Shown here piece after piece: positions 1 to 10,030 of a stretch of DNA of 64,000 nt; positions within the stretch are counted from its first letter, which is position 1; each line of letters starts with the position of its first letter. Location of the stretch: positions 1,344,001 to 1,408,000 of the forward strand of contig OZ253470.1 of the NCBI GenBank assembly GCA_965261735.1, given 5' to 3'. Origin of the DNA: Alphaproteobacteria bacterium (GTDB taxonomy: Bacteria; Pseudomonadota; Alphaproteobacteria; SHVV01). Under the pieces are notes generated by a model. That model was given only the letters and a program-made list of their open reading frames with translations, was not told where the DNA came from and ran no database searches. The translations under genes and the position numbers were made by a program.

Positions 1-1287
1 CTCGGCGCCGCCGATCTTCGCTCACTGAGGGGGCTCTCCTACCCCGAGCTCGCGGTCCGGGTGATGGCGCCCTACGTCGGCGAGGCGCTATCCGAGGCCG
101 AGCTGGGCGAACTCGTCACGCAGGCCTACGCCACCTTCTCCCACGAGTCGGTCACCCCGCTCCGCGAGCTCGGCGAGAACGAGTGGCTGCTCGAACTGTT
201 CCACGGGCCGACGCTGGCCTTCAAGGACTGCGCGCTACAGCTCCTGGCCCGGCTGTTCGATCATTGGCTCGCGCGCCGCGGCGAGCGCGTGACCATCGTC
301 GCCGCGACCTCGGGTGACACCGGCTCCGCCGCCATCGCGGCCTGCGCCGGGCGCGCCGCGCTCGAGATCGTGGTGCTCCATCCGGCCGGGCGGGTTTCCG
401 AGGTGCAGCGCCGGCAGATGACGACAGCCGCCGGCGCCAACGTCCACAACATCGCCGTCGAGGGCACGTTCGACGATTGCCAGGCGCTCGTCAAAGCCAT
501 GCTGGGCGACGCGGCGTTGCGCCGCGAGACGCGCCTCGCCGCCGTCAACTCCATCAACTGGGCACGGGTGATGGCGCAGATCGTCTACTACGTGCACGCA
601 GGTCTGGCGCTCGGCGCGCCCGAGCGCGAGGTCGCGTTTGCCGTGCCGACCGGCAATTTCGGCGATGTCTTCGCCGGCTATGGCGCGCACCGCATGGGCC
701 TGCCGATCGCGCGCCTGATCGTCGCCACCAATCGCAACGACATTCTCGCGCGCTTCTTCGAGGACGCCGAGTACCGGCTCGGCGCGGTGCAGCCGACAAT
801 AAGCCCGAGCATGGACATCCAGGTGGCAAGCAACTTCGAGCGACTCCTGTTCGAGCTGTGCGGGCGCGAAGGGAATCGCGTGGCAGCGTACATGGAGGCG
901 ATGGCCGAGGCCGGCGCGTTTCGCGTCACCACGGCCGAGCTCACGCGCGCCGGCGCTCTCTTCGCCGCCGCGCGCGTCGACGAGGACGCGACGCTGGCGA
1001 CGATCGCCTCGATCTACCGCGACACCGGCATCATCGTCGATCCGCACACCGCCGTGGGCATCGCCGCAGGCCGGGCGCGGCACGATAGCTCGGCGCCACT
1101 CGTGTGCCTCGCGACCGCCCATCCGGCGAAGTTTCCGGATGCGGTCGAGGAGGCCACCGGCGTCCGCCCCGAATTGCCCGCGCCGTGGGCCGATCTGTTT
1201 ACACGCGAGGAGCGCTATGATGTGCTGGCTAACGATCTCGAGGCGGTCAAGGCCTACGTCCGCGAGCACGCGGGCGCTGCAGGTTGA
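1..1287 (+). CDS. thrC: Threonine synthase (5' end lies before the window)
   Basis: PLP-lysine motif LELFHGPTLAFKD, plus ATSGDTG, AVNSINWAR and VPTGNFG; frame 1 is open from position 1. Confidence 0.95.
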   Translation, partial: LGAADLRSLRGLSYPELAVRVMAPYVGEALSEAELGELVTQAYATFSHESVTPLRELGENEWLLELFHGPTLAFKDCALQLLARLFDHWLARRGERVTIVAATSGDTGSAAIAACAGRAALEIVVLHPAGRVSEVQRRQMTTAAGANVHNIAVEGTFDDCQALVKAMLGDAALRRETRLAAVNSINWARVMAQIVYYVHAGLALGAPEREVAFAVPTGNFGDVFAGYGAHRMGLPIARLIVATNRNDILARFFEDAEYRLGAVQPTISPSMDIQVASNFERLLFELCGREGNRVAAYMEAMAEAGAFRVTTAELTRAGALFAAARVDEDATLATIASIYRDTGIIVDPHTAVGIAAGRARHDSSAPLVCLATAHPAKFPDAVEEATGVRPELPAPWADLFTREERYDVLANDLEAVKAYVREHAGAAG

Positions 1288-1302
1288 ATGAAGGAGGCGC
1301 CA

Positions 1303-2562
1303 ATGAACGCGCAGGTAACGACCCTGGCCAACGGGTTTCGCGTCGCCAGCGATCCCGTGCGCTCGCTCGAGACGGCCGCGCTCGGCGTGTGGGTCGACGT
1401 CGGCGCCCGCAACGAGGGTCCGGAGATCAACGGCGTTTCCCACATGCTCGAGCACATGGCGTTCAAGGGGACGGAACGGCGCAGTGCGCAAGCCATCGCC
1501 GAGGAGATCGAGGCGGTCGGCGGCCACCTCAACGCCTATACCTCGCGCGAGCAGACCGCGTATTTCGCCCGGGTGCTGGCCGACGACGTCGCCCTGGCGG
1601 TCGACCTCCTGGCCGACATCCTCCAGCACTCGGTCTTCGACGAGAGCGAGCTGTCGCGCGAGCGCGAGGTCATCATCCAAGAGATCGGCCAGACCGAGGA
1701 CACGCCCGACGACCTCATCTTCGACCGCTTCCAGGAGGCGGCGTTCCCCGAACAGGCGCTCGGGCGTTCCATCCTCGGCACCGTCGAGCGCGTCGGCGCC
1801 ATGTCGCGCGGCGACCTGCTCGCCTACATGGGTGCCCACTATCGGGCGCCGACGATGGTCCTCGCGGCCGCGGGACGGGTCGATCACGAAGCGCTCGTCG
1901 AGCTCGCCACTGAGGCCTTCGGCGCCCTGCCCGCCGGCGAGGATGGTGGGCGCGAGCCGGCGCGCTATGTCGGCGGCGATACGCGCGAGGCGCGCGACCT
2001 CGAGCAGGTCCACATCACCCTCGGCTTCAACGGCGTCTCCCATACCGACGAGGACTTCTTCGCCGTCCAGGTGGTGGCGACGCTGCTCGGCGGCGGCATG
2101 TCCTCGCGGCTGTTTCAGGAGGTTCGCGAGAAGCGCGGCCTCGCCTACGCCATTTCCTCCTTCGCCTCTTCCTACCTCGACGGCGGCCTCTTCGGCGTTT
2201 ACGCCGGCACCGGGGAGGCGCAGGTCGGCGAACTCGTCGACGTGGTCTGTGCGGAGATCACGGACGTCGCCGGCGCGGTCACGGCGGACGAGCTGGCGCG
2301 CGCGCGCACCCAACTCAAGGCCGGCATGATGATGGCGCTCGAAAGTCCGACGGCGCGCTGCGAGCACCTGGCCCGCCAATTGCTCATCTTCGGGCGCGCG
2401 ATCCCGGTCGCCGAGATCGTCGCCAAGATCGACGCCGTCGACGGTGCCGGGGCGGCACGCGCGGCGCAGCGGATCGTCGCCTCCGGCCCGCCGGTGATCG
2501 CGGCGCTCGGCCCGATCACGCAGCTTGCCAGCTACGACGCGATCGCGGCAAAATTCGCGTGA
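1303..2562 (+). CDS. M16 family (MPP-beta-like) zinc peptidase
   Basis: Inverted zinc motif HMLEH, NAYTSRE, GGGMSSRLFQEVREKRGL; AAGGAGG RBS before ATG 1303; usual position after thrC in alphaproteobacteria. Confidence 0.93.
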   Translation: MNAQVTTLANGFRVASDPVRSLETAALGVWVDVGARNEGPEINGVSHMLEHMAFKGTERRSAQAIAEEIEAVGGHLNAYTSREQTAYFARVLADDVALAVDLLADILQHSVFDESELSREREVIIQEIGQTEDTPDDLIFDRFQEAAFPEQALGRSILGTVERVGAMSRGDLLAYMGAHYRAPTMVLAAAGRVDHEALVELATEAFGALPAGEDGGREPARYVGGDTREARDLEQVHITLGFNGVSHTDEDFFAVQVVATLLGGGMSSRLFQEVREKRGLAYAISSFASSYLDGGLFGVYAGTGEAQVGELVDVVCAEITDVAGAVTADELARARTQLKAGMMMALESPTARCEHLARQLLIFGRAIPVAEIVAKIDAVDGAGAARAAQRIVASGPPVIAALGPITQLASYDAIAAKFA

Positions 2563-2596
2563 GAATGCGCCGCGGCCGCGGCGCGGAGGAGGCGCG

Positions 2597-3196
2597 GTGA
2601 GTTCATTGTTGCGAAATCTGGTGACGCCTATCGCCGAGCGGGTGGTGAATGGGGGGTACGTCTACGTGCGCGCGCCGCAGCCGCGCGACTGGCCCGCGTG
2701 GTCCAAGGTGCGCGCCGAATCGCGCGACTTCCTCGCCCCTTGGGAGCCGATCTGGCCGCATGACGCGCTGACGCGCGCCGCCTTCCGCCGCCGGCTGCGG
2801 CGCTACGACGAGGATTCGCGCGACGATACCGGCTATGCCTTCTACGTGTTCCGCAGGGCCGACGATGCGCTCCTTGGCGGCGTCACGCTGAGCCAGGTCC
2901 GGCGCGGCGTCACCCAATCCTGCTCGCTCGGCTATTGGATCGGCGAGGCCTACGCGCGCCAGGGCTACATGACCGATGCGCTGGCCGCCCTCGTGGAGTT
3001 CGTCTTCGAGGAAATGCGCCTGCATCGCATCGAGGCGGCTTGCGTGCCCACCAACGAGGCGAGCAAGTCGCTGCTCGAAAAGTCGGGCTTCACCCACGAG
3101 GGCTACGCCCGACAATATCTCTGCATCAACGGCGCCTGGCGCGACCACCTGCTCTACGCCCTGCTGACCTCCGACCCGCGCCCGGCGAGCGGCTGA
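2597..3196 (+). CDS. rimJ: RimJ-like GNAT N-acetyltransferase
   Basis: SRDFLAPWEP, VRRGVTQSCSLGYWIG, LHRIEAAC, YLCINGAWRDH; GTG start after GGAGG. Confidence 0.85.
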   Translation: MSSLLRNLVTPIAERVVNGGYVYVRAPQPRDWPAWSKVRAESRDFLAPWEPIWPHDALTRAAFRRRLRRYDEDSRDDTGYAFYVFRRADDALLGGVTLSQVRRGVTQSCSLGYWIGEAYARQGYMTDALAALVEFVFEEMRLHRIEAACVPTNEASKSLLEKSGFTHEGYARQYLCINGAWRDHLLYALLTSDPRPASG

Positions 3197-3212
3197 GGGT
3201 CGGCGACCGGCC

Positions 3213-3788
3213 TCAGGCGTGGCCGGCTTCGCCCGATAGCATCGACACGTCGATCCCGAGCTTGGCCACGGCGCTGGTCCATTTCTCGTGAATGTTGACG
3301 CCGAAGATGAGGCCTTCGTCGGCCGGCGCGTGGAGCCAGCCGTTGGCCTGTATCTCGGTGTCGAGCTGGCCCGGCGCCCAGCCGGCATAGCCGAGCGCGA
3401 GCAGGCGCTGGCGCGGGCCCTCGCCCGTGGCGATGGAGCGCAGCACATCGATCGACGCGGTCAGGCCGATGTTGTCGTTGACGTTCATGGTGCCCGACTG
3501 GGAGTAATCCGCCGTGTGGAGCACGAAGCCGCGGCTTGTCTCCACGGGGCCGCCGAAATGGACTTTGATCTCGTGAATGGTGCCGGGCGCCTCGATCCCG
3601 AGCTGCTCGAGGAGGTCGGGAAAGGTGATGTTGTCGAGCAGGCGATTGAGCACGAGCCCCATCGCGCCAGCCGGCGAATGCGCGCACATGTAGATGACGG
3701 TCCGCTCGAACCGGGGGTCACCCATGCTCGGCATCGCGATCAAGAGCTGGCCGGTGAGGTACGCGGAATCGTCAGCCATGGCGTTCAT
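3213..3788 (-). CDS. YqgE/AlgH (UPF0301) family protein
   Basis: LLIAMPSMGDPRFERTV, GGPVETSRGFVLH, LGYAGWAPGQL; start at 3788 or 3779. Confidence 0.92.
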   Translation of the reverse strand: MNAMADDSAYLTGQLLIAMPSMGDPRFERTVIYMCAHSPAGAMGLVLNRLLDNITFPDLLEQLGIEAPGTIHEIKVHFGGPVETSRGFVLHTADYSQSGTMNVNDNIGLTASIDVLRSIATGEGPRQRLLALGYAGWAPGQLDTEIQANGWLHAPADEGLIFGVNIHEKWTSAVAKLGIDVSMLSGEAGHA

Positions 3789-3954
3789 GTCCCATGAAGA
3801 ACCGCTCGATAAGCACGCGCCGCGCCGTTTTATTGCCAACGGCGCTTCACGATAATATGAGCCCACTCCCTTAATCAAACTTCTATATTGGCCTTCCGAT
3901 AAAGCGCGGAAGCGGCCAGCGACGGGCGCCGGCGAGATGCTACGGGGCAAGGTC

Positions 3955-4806
3955 ATGAGGGGTATCGGCTGGCTGTTGTTGCTGGCGATCGTCGCGGGCA
4001 CCGCCATGCGGCCCGCGCCGGCGGCGGCGCAGGCAACCCCGTGGGTGGCGTCCGAGTCCTCGCGCGCGCGCCTGGTCGCAACCACGAGCGGCGTCGGTGC
4101 GGGCGAGTCGGTGACGCTCGGCCTCCATATCCGCCTGGCCAAGGGTTGGAAGACCTATTGGCGCGTGCCGGGTGACTCGGGCGTGCCGCCGCGACTCGAC
4201 TGGCGCGGCTCGGGCAATGTCGCCGCCGCACAACCCGCCTGGCCGGCGCCGACGCGCTACAGCGCGTTCGGGTTCGACACCTTCGGTTACGCGGACGAGG
4301 TCGTGTTCCCGATCACCGTGACGCTCACGCGCCCCGGGACGACGGCGCAGCTGCGGTTGTCCGTCGACTACGCCGCCTGCGAGCGCATCTGCGTCCTCGA
4401 GGAAGCTCAGTTCGTGCTCGACATTCCCGCCGGGGACGCGCTGCCGACCCCCCATGCGGCGCTGGTCGAGCGTTACGCCATGCGCGTACCGAAATCCGGC
4501 GAGGGCGCGCCCTTCGTCGTCGAAAGCCTGGTGGTCGATCGCGGCGCCGAACCGACCTTGCTAATCACCGCGCAGTCGGCTGGGGCGCCCTTTGTCGCGC
4601 CCGACCTGTTCGTCGAGGGGCCCGCGGGGCTAACCTTTGGTGCGCCCGAGATTGAATTCAACGAGGCCGGGCACATCGCCCAATTCGCGCTCCCCATTCG
4701 CCCGGCGGGCGAGGGCGCGTCGCTCGAAGGGGAAACGCTCACGCTGACCCTGGTCGACGGTGGGCGCAGCGCCGAGCAGGTGCTGACCGCGGGCTCGGGC
4801 AGCTAG
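3955..4806 (+). CDS. Exported DsbD N-terminal-domain (disulfide reductase-like) protein
   Basis: Signal peptide, GWKTYWRVPGDSGVPP motif and CERIC cysteine pair. Confidence 0.8.
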   Translation: MRGIGWLLLLAIVAGTAMRPAPAAAQATPWVASESSRARLVATTSGVGAGESVTLGLHIRLAKGWKTYWRVPGDSGVPPRLDWRGSGNVAAAQPAWPAPTRYSAFGFDTFGYADEVVFPITVTLTRPGTTAQLRLSVDYAACERICVLEEAQFVLDIPAGDALPTPHAALVERYAMRVPKSGEGAPFVVESLVVDRGAEPTLLITAQSAGAPFVAPDLFVEGPAGLTFGAPEIEFNEAGHIAQFALPIRPAGEGASLEGETLTLTLVDGGRSAEQVLTAGSGS

Positions 4807-4882
4807 GCTGAGACGGTAAACCCCTACCTCGGCGCGAGGGAGCGCCTCCACCTGCAAGATCCACCGTTTTGGGAGCGTGCCC

Positions 4883-5365
4883 ATGACGATCAAGGTTGGC
4901 GACAGAATCCCGCAGACAACCCTCCACTACATGGCCGAGTCGAGGCCGGCGCAGATATCGACGGATGATGTCTTCGCGGGCAAACGCGTCGCGCTGTTCT
5001 CGGTACCTGGCGCCTTCACGCCGACATGCTCGAACCAGCACCTCCCGGGCTTCGTCAAGAGCGCGGGCGCGCTTCATGCCAAGGGCATCGATGCCATCGC
5101 CTGCGTGGCCGTGAACGATGCCTTCGTCATGCATGCCTGGGGCGAGGCTCAAGGCGTCGGCGACAAGGTGCAGATGCTGGCCGACGGCAACGGCGCCTTC
5201 GCCGCCGCGCTCGGGGTCGAGCTCGATGCGAGCGCCCATGGCCTCGGCACGCGCTCGCGCCGATTCTCGATGATCGTCAACGACGGCGTGGTCGAGGCCC
5301 TCAACCTCGAGGAGGGCGGCGGCTTCGAGGTGAGCTCCGCCGAGCGCCTCCTCGACCAAGCCTAA
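4883..5365 (+). CDS. Peroxiredoxin (Prx5/type II)
   Basis: VPGAFTPTCS and VNDAFVMHAW motifs. Confidence 0.93.
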   Translation: MTIKVGDRIPQTTLHYMAESRPAQISTDDVFAGKRVALFSVPGAFTPTCSNQHLPGFVKSAGALHAKGIDAIACVAVNDAFVMHAWGEAQGVGDKVQMLADGNGAFAAALGVELDASAHGLGTRSRRFSMIVNDGVVEALNLEEGGGFEVSSAERLLDQA

Positions 5366-5391
5366 AAGAGAGCGTCGGGGCCAGCGCCCGG

Positions 5392-5847
5392 CTAGGGGGC
5401 GGGCGGCTGCGCCAGGGCCTCGCGCGCGAGCGCGTCGGCGCGCTCGTTTTCCGGGTGGCCTGAATGGCCCCGGACCCAGCGCCACTCGACCTCATGGCGC
5501 GCCAACGCCGTATCGAGTCGCTGCCATAGGTCGATGTTCTTGACCGGCTTGCGGGCCGCGGTGCGCCAGCCGTTCGTCTTCCATTTGTTGATCCACGCGG
5601 TGATGCCGTCGCGCAGATATTTGCTGTCGGTGTGAAGAACGGCGCGCACCGGCCGCTTCAGCGCCTCGAGCGCGGCGATCGCCGCCATGAGCTCCATGCG
5701 GTTGTTGGTGGTCGCGGGCGCCGCGCCACTGATTTCGCGCGTGTGGTCGCCAGAGACGAGCAGCGCGCCCCAGCCGCCGGGCCCTGGGTTGCCCGAACAC
5801 GCGCCGTCGGTATAGATGTCGACCCGCTCGACCTCGGTGCCGGTCAT
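5392..5847 (-). CDS. rnhA: Ribonuclease HI
   Basis: [36 protein letters not shown]. Confidence 0.96.
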   Translation of the reverse strand: MTGTEVERVDIYTDGACSGNPGPGGWGALLVSGDHTREISGAAPATTNNRMELMAAIAALEALKRPVRAVLHTDSKYLRDGITAWINKWKTNGWRTAARKPVKNIDLWQRLDTALARHEVEWRWVRGHSGHPENERADALAREALAQPPAP

Positions 5848-6815
5848 GCCGCGCGCTCGAGGCCGTAGGCCGCGGGTCCCTTGACGTCGCGGTGGAAGCG
5901 GAGCTTGTGGAGGTATTCGAGCGGATCCTTGGGGCGGACGAGCGCGCCCTCGACGTGGTGGATCCAGTCGTGCAGGCGCGTGAGCAGGAAGCGCAGCGCG
6001 GCTCCCCGGGCGAGCAGCGGCAGCGCGTCGAGCTCGGCTGCGGTGAGCGTGCGCACCTTGCCGTAGGCGGCAAGCAGCGCGCGCGCCTTGGTGATGTTGA
6101 AGGAACCATCGGGCTCGAAGCACCACGCGTTCATCGAGATCGCCAGGTCGTAGGTGAGGGAGTCGTTGCAGGCGAAATAGAAATCGATGAATCCCGACAG
6201 GCTGCCATCGAGGAAAAAGACGTTGTCGGGAAAGAGGTCGGCGTGGATGATCCCCTGGGGGAGTTCGGCCGGCCATGCCGCGGCGAGGTCGGCATACTCC
6301 CCGGCGATTTCGGCGCCCAGCCCGGGCCGCACCTCGTCGGCGCGGCCGCCGCACGCCGCTAGGAGCTTGCGCCAACCGTCGACCGATAGATCGTTGGCGC
6401 GAACCTGAGCGAACTCGGCGCCGGCCAGATGCATCTGCGCCATGGCGCGCCCGACCTCGGCACAGTGCGCCACCGTGGGCCGGCGCACCCACAGCCCGGC
6501 CAGGTAGCTCACGATCGCGGCCGGCCGGCCGGCGAGCTCGCGCAGCGCAGCGCCGTCGCTGCCGTGGATCGGCGTGGGGCACGCGAGGCCCCGGCTCGCC
6601 AGGTGATCCATGAGGCCGAGAAAGAAGGGCAGGTCGCGCCTGGCGACGCGCTTCTCGTAGAGCGTGAGGATGTAGGTGCCGGCGCTCGTCAGCAGCAGGT
6701 AGTTCGAGTTCTCGACGCCCTCGGCGATGCCCTTACAGGAAACGACCCGGCCGATGTCGTACTGGGCCACGAAACGGATCAGCTCGTCGTCGGGAAACTC
6801 GGTGTAGACGGCCAT
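5844..6815 (-). CDS. thrB: Homoserine kinase type II
   Basis: MAVYT start, [30 protein letters not shown]; ispH-thrB-rnhA synteny. Confidence 0.94.
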   Translation of the reverse strand: MAVYTEFPDDELIRFVAQYDIGRVVSCKGIAEGVENSNYLLLTSAGTYILTLYEKRVARRDLPFFLGLMDHLASRGLACPTPIHGSDGAALRELAGRPAAIVSYLAGLWVRRPTVAHCAEVGRAMAQMHLAGAEFAQVRANDLSVDGWRKLLAACGGRADEVRPGLGAEIAGEYADLAAAWPAELPQGIIHADLFPDNVFFLDGSLSGFIDFYFACNDSLTYDLAISMNAWCFEPDGSFNITKARALLAAYGKVRTLTAAELDALPLLARGAALRFLLTRLHDWIHHVEGALVRPKDPLEYLHKLRFHRDVKGPAAYGLERAA

Positions 6816-6823
6816 CGCCCCAA

Positions 6824-7780
6824 TCACCCCGCCAGTGCGTGGGGCAGCCGAAAGCGCACATCCTCCTGGGCGACGGCGACCTCCTCGATGCTCACGCGGA
6901 AGCGCTCGCCGAGGGCGGCGATGACCTCGCCGACGAGCTGCTCGGGTGCCGACGCACCGGCGCTGACACCTACGGTGCGCACGCCCGCGAGCGCCGGCCA
7001 ATCGATGTCCGCGGCGCGCACGACCAGGGCCGCGCCCGCGCACCCGGCGGCACGCGCGACCTCGACGAGCCGCAGCGAGTTCGACGAGTTCGGCGCACCG
7101 ATGATGAGCACGGCCTGGCAGCGCCCGGCGATCGCCTGCACCGCCTGCTGGCGGTTGGTGGTGGCGTAGCAGATGTCCTCCTTGTGGGGCCCGCGAATGG
7201 CCGGAAAACAGTGCTTGAGCTCGGCGACGATGGTGGCGGTGTCGTCGACCGACAGGGTCGTCTGGGTGAGATAGGCGAGGTGGTCCGGATCGTCGGTCGC
7301 GAAGGCGCGGGCGCCGGCGAGGTCCTCGACGAGCGTCATCGCGCCGTCCGGGACCTGGCCCATGGTACCAACCACTTCCGGGTGGCCGGAGTGGCCGATG
7401 AGCACGATGTGGCGCCCCTCGCGGTGATGGTGCTCGGCCTCGCGGTGGACCTTGGTCACCAGCGGACACGTGGCGTCGAGGTGGTCGAGCCCACGGCCCA
7501 CGGCCTGTTCCGGCACCGACTTCGGTACGCCGTGGGCGGAGAACACCACGTGCGCGCCCTCCGGCACCTCGTCGAGCTCGTCGACGAAGACCGCGCCGCG
7601 CGCCTCGAGGCCCTCAACCACGAAGCGGTTGTGGACGATCTCGTGGCGCACGTAGACCGGCGCGCCATACTTGGCGAGCGCGGTCTCGACGATCTGGATC
7701 GCGCGATCGACGCCGGCGCAGAAGCCGCGCGGATGGGCGAGCAGGACGGCGAGCGGCGGCTTGTGCGGCGGCTTGGGCAT
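6824..7780 (-). CDS. ispH: 4-hydroxy-3-methylbut-2-enyl diphosphate reductase
   Basis: [36 protein letters not shown]. Confidence 0.96.
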   Translation of the reverse strand: MPKPPHKPPLAVLLAHPRGFCAGVDRAIQIVETALAKYGAPVYVRHEIVHNRFVVEGLEARGAVFVDELDEVPEGAHVVFSAHGVPKSVPEQAVGRGLDHLDATCPLVTKVHREAEHHHREGRHIVLIGHSGHPEVVGTMGQVPDGAMTLVEDLAGARAFATDDPDHLAYLTQTTLSVDDTATIVAELKHCFPAIRGPHKEDICYATTNRQQAVQAIAGRCQAVLIIGAPNSSNSLRLVEVARAAGCAGAALVVRAADIDWPALAGVRTVGVSAGASAPEQLVGEVIAALGERFRVSIEEVAVAQEDVRFRLPHALAG

Positions 7781-7961
7781 GGGCGGGCCTCCTCGCCTCA
7801 TCCTAGCGGATTTCGCCGCGAGCCGGCCATGGCGTTGGCCTGGATCGAACTCGCAGTACGCGCGCGCCCGGTGCTTGTGCGGCCCAACCGGCTCCGATAC
7901 AGTCGCCGCGGCCGGCGCGGGCCGCGACGCCTGCCAGGCACATAACGAGGGAACACTTGAC

Positions 7962-8204
7962 ATGCCTGACGGACAGATCGCCCAAAAGGGGCCCTACCCC
8001 CAAGAAGTCGAAGCCGGCAAGTCGTACTATTGGTGTGCCTGCGGGCGCAGCAACAACCAGCCTTTCTGCGATGGCTCCCACAAGGAGGCGCCAGGTTTCG
8101 AGCCGATTCCGTATACGGCCGAGCGCGCCACCACCGTCTATTTCTGCGGCTGCAAGCACAGCGCCAACAAGCCGCTCTGCGACGGCACCCACGGCAAGCT
8201 TTAG
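7962..8204 (+). CDS. Double CDGSH [2Fe-2S] protein (MiNT-like)
   Basis: [17 protein letters not shown] and [17 protein letters not shown]. Confidence 0.92.
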   Translation: MPDGQIAQKGPYPQEVEAGKSYYWCACGRSNNQPFCDGSHKEAPGFEPIPYTAERATTVYFCGCKHSANKPLCDGTHGKL

Positions 8205-8241
8205 AGACCCGGCGCGGCGCCCAGCCTCGGGGCGCAGCAAG

Positions 8242-8763
8242 ATGCGCGCCGCGCTGGCGGCGCCGGTGGTGGCGCTGGCCGCGACGCTGGCGGCCTGCGG
8301 CGGCGGTCCGGAGCCGATCAATCCGTGCCCGCGCGTCTCGATCCTGCGCGACGCAGAGAGCTTGACGCGGTTCGTGCCGGGGCCAGGGCGCGACCTTATC
8401 GACGTGCGCTTCGAGAGCGCCTTCGGCGCCATCAACGCGACCTGCCGCGTACGCGAGGACCGCGTCGACATGAGCCTCGACATCGAGGTCATCGCGAACC
8501 TGGGCCCGGCGGCGCAAGCGCGCGTGGCCGAGGTTCACTATTTCGTCGCCGTCATCGACCGCACCGGCGCGATCCTCGCCAAGGAGGCCTTCGCGGCGGC
8601 GATCGAGTTCCCCGGGAGCGCGAGCCGCGCCGGCTTGCGCGACGAGATCGTCCCGCGCATACCGCTCGCCGAGGGCGCCCGCGCCGCCGACTACGAGGTC
8701 CTGATCGGTTTCCAGCTCGACGCCGCCGAACTCGACTACAACCGCCGCAAGGCCGTGCGCTAA
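8242..8763 (+). CDS. Conserved alphaproteobacterial lipoprotein
   Basis: Lipobox LAAC after a hydrophobic leader; CPRVSIL and YFVAV...YEVLIGFQL pattern. Confidence 0.75.
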   Translation: MRAALAAPVVALAATLAACGGGPEPINPCPRVSILRDAESLTRFVPGPGRDLIDVRFESAFGAINATCRVREDRVDMSLDIEVIANLGPAAQARVAEVHYFVAVIDRTGAILAKEAFAAAIEFPGSASRAGLRDEIVPRIPLAEGARAADYEVLIGFQLDAAELDYNRRKAVR

Positions 8764-8811
8764 CACGACCATTCCCGATCAGCCCAGATCTCCCGGTCCG
8801 CGGGCCCCATG

Positions 8812-8944
8812 CTTCGACAGGCTCAGCATGAGGTCTTGATGGCTGGCAAATCGGCTCCCTCACCCTGATCTTGTCGAAGGATGAGCCCTTCGAAGGGTCG
8901 GCGGTGCCAAACCCCACCTCACCCTGAGCCTGTCGAAGGGTGAG
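8812..8944. repeat. Cluster of three REP-like palindromic repeats plus a short palindrome
   Basis: CTTCGACAGGCTCAGCATGAG (8812-8832, inverted), CTCACCCTGATCTTGTCGAAGGATGAG (8859-8885), CTCACCCTGAGCCTGTCGAAGGGTGAG (8918-8944) and palindrome CCCTTCGAAGGG (8886-8897). Confidence 0.8.
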
Positions 8945-9032
8945 CCCGCCGCATCCCTCGGCGAATGCGCGGCTGAATCGACACCCGCGCAACAAAATTA
9001 CGCTCGCGCCCCCTCCCTGCGCGTCCAAGTCA

Positions 9033-9101
9033 ATGCGTTATGATTTGACACGGCTCTAAATGTATCGTATAATGATACGTAACGCATCACGTCTGAGGGA
9101 G
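9033..9101 (+). promoter_or_regulatory. Perfect consensus sigma70 promoter with flanking inverted repeats and RBS
   Basis: TTGACA 9045-9050, 17-bp spacer, TATAAT 9068-9073; inverted repeat ATGCGTTA 9033-9040 / TAACGCAT 9080-9087; GTATC-N7-GATAC over the -10; GAGGGAG 9095-9101. Confidence 0.85.
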
Positions 9102-9108
9102 AGCGGCG

Positions 9109-9992
9109 ATGAGCTTCATGATCGAGGCCCGGAAGATCGAGAGAATTCACGTAAGCGGCGCGGACACCGCGAAGGTCAAGCCGGACTACATCGCCGAGCG
9201 CCTGGCGAAGCTCGCCGGCTGGGCCTACGGCTGGAAGTGGCACAAATACTTTCTCGTCGAGAAGGGCACTGGCTGCAGGGTGGAGGACGCCAAGGATAAG
9301 CCCGTGTGCAAGACCGGGCTGCGTCCTTCGTTCGGCTCGATGGATGTGGAGAAGGAATATTTCGATCAGCTGGAGGGCTCCGAGGGCCGCATCCCCTACA
9401 TGTACCTCGATTCTAAGGGCAACGTGACCGTGGGCCTGGGCCACCTGATCGAGAGCCCGGAGGCAGCGACCGGCCTTCGGTTCTATTGGGGGCGCACGGT
9501 GGTCGACTACGACTATCCGGCCTCGGCCGAGGACATAAGATGGGCGTTCGAGGCGGTCCACAAAAGACAAGACCTTGCAAGCGGCGGGCACACCAAGTTC
9601 GAACCTCTGACCGACATCAGGATGTCGCAGAACGACATCGGCGACCTGGCGGTGCTCGATATCTGGCGAAAGGTACAGGAGATAAAAAGGAAGACAGAGT
9701 TTTCCGGCTTCGACACCTTCCCGCCCGCGGCCAAGCTCGGGCTCTTGGACATCGCCTACAACTCGGGTGTCGCGGTATTTATCATCCGCCGGAAAAAGGC
9801 GGGTTCCCGGAACTCATCAAAGCCGTGGAAATGCGCGACTGGAAACGGGCGGCAAGGGAATCGGGTCGCGAGATCGTGTCCGAAGAGCGCAACATGCAGG
9901 TGCGGAAGTGGTTCGAGGAGGCGGCCAAGAAGGAGCCCCATTTCATCCACCCCACCTGCAGGGCGAAAGGCCTGCAACAGTGGTACTTCTAG
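9109..9992 (+). CDS. Lysozyme-like (T4L/GH24-type) muramidase with unknown N-terminal domain; 1-nt frameshift near 9772-9776
   Basis: SEGRIPYMYLDSKGNVTVGLGH carries E-x8-D-x5-T. LLDIAYNSG (frame of 9109) joins FPELIKAVEMRDWKRAARES...RN (frame of 9486) if one base is added, giving 294 aa. Confidence 0.75.
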
Positions 9993-10030
9993 CGGACAAA
10001 CCCGGAGGGCCCATCCGACGGGTGGCACTC

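Noticed and set aside
8812-8944. Possible mini CRISPR array
   Set aside because: Copies are in mixed orientation, degenerate and unevenly spaced; no cas genes
9772-9800. Programmed -1 frameshift in the muramidase
   Set aside because: G GAA AAA G is not a canonical X XXY YYZ heptamer in the zero frame; a single lost base is simpler, given similar indels elsewhere
9109-9992. Lysozyme as a prophage endolysin
   Set aside because: No holin, spanin or structural phage genes adjacent; it has its own promoter and core flanking genes. A remote phage origin is not excluded
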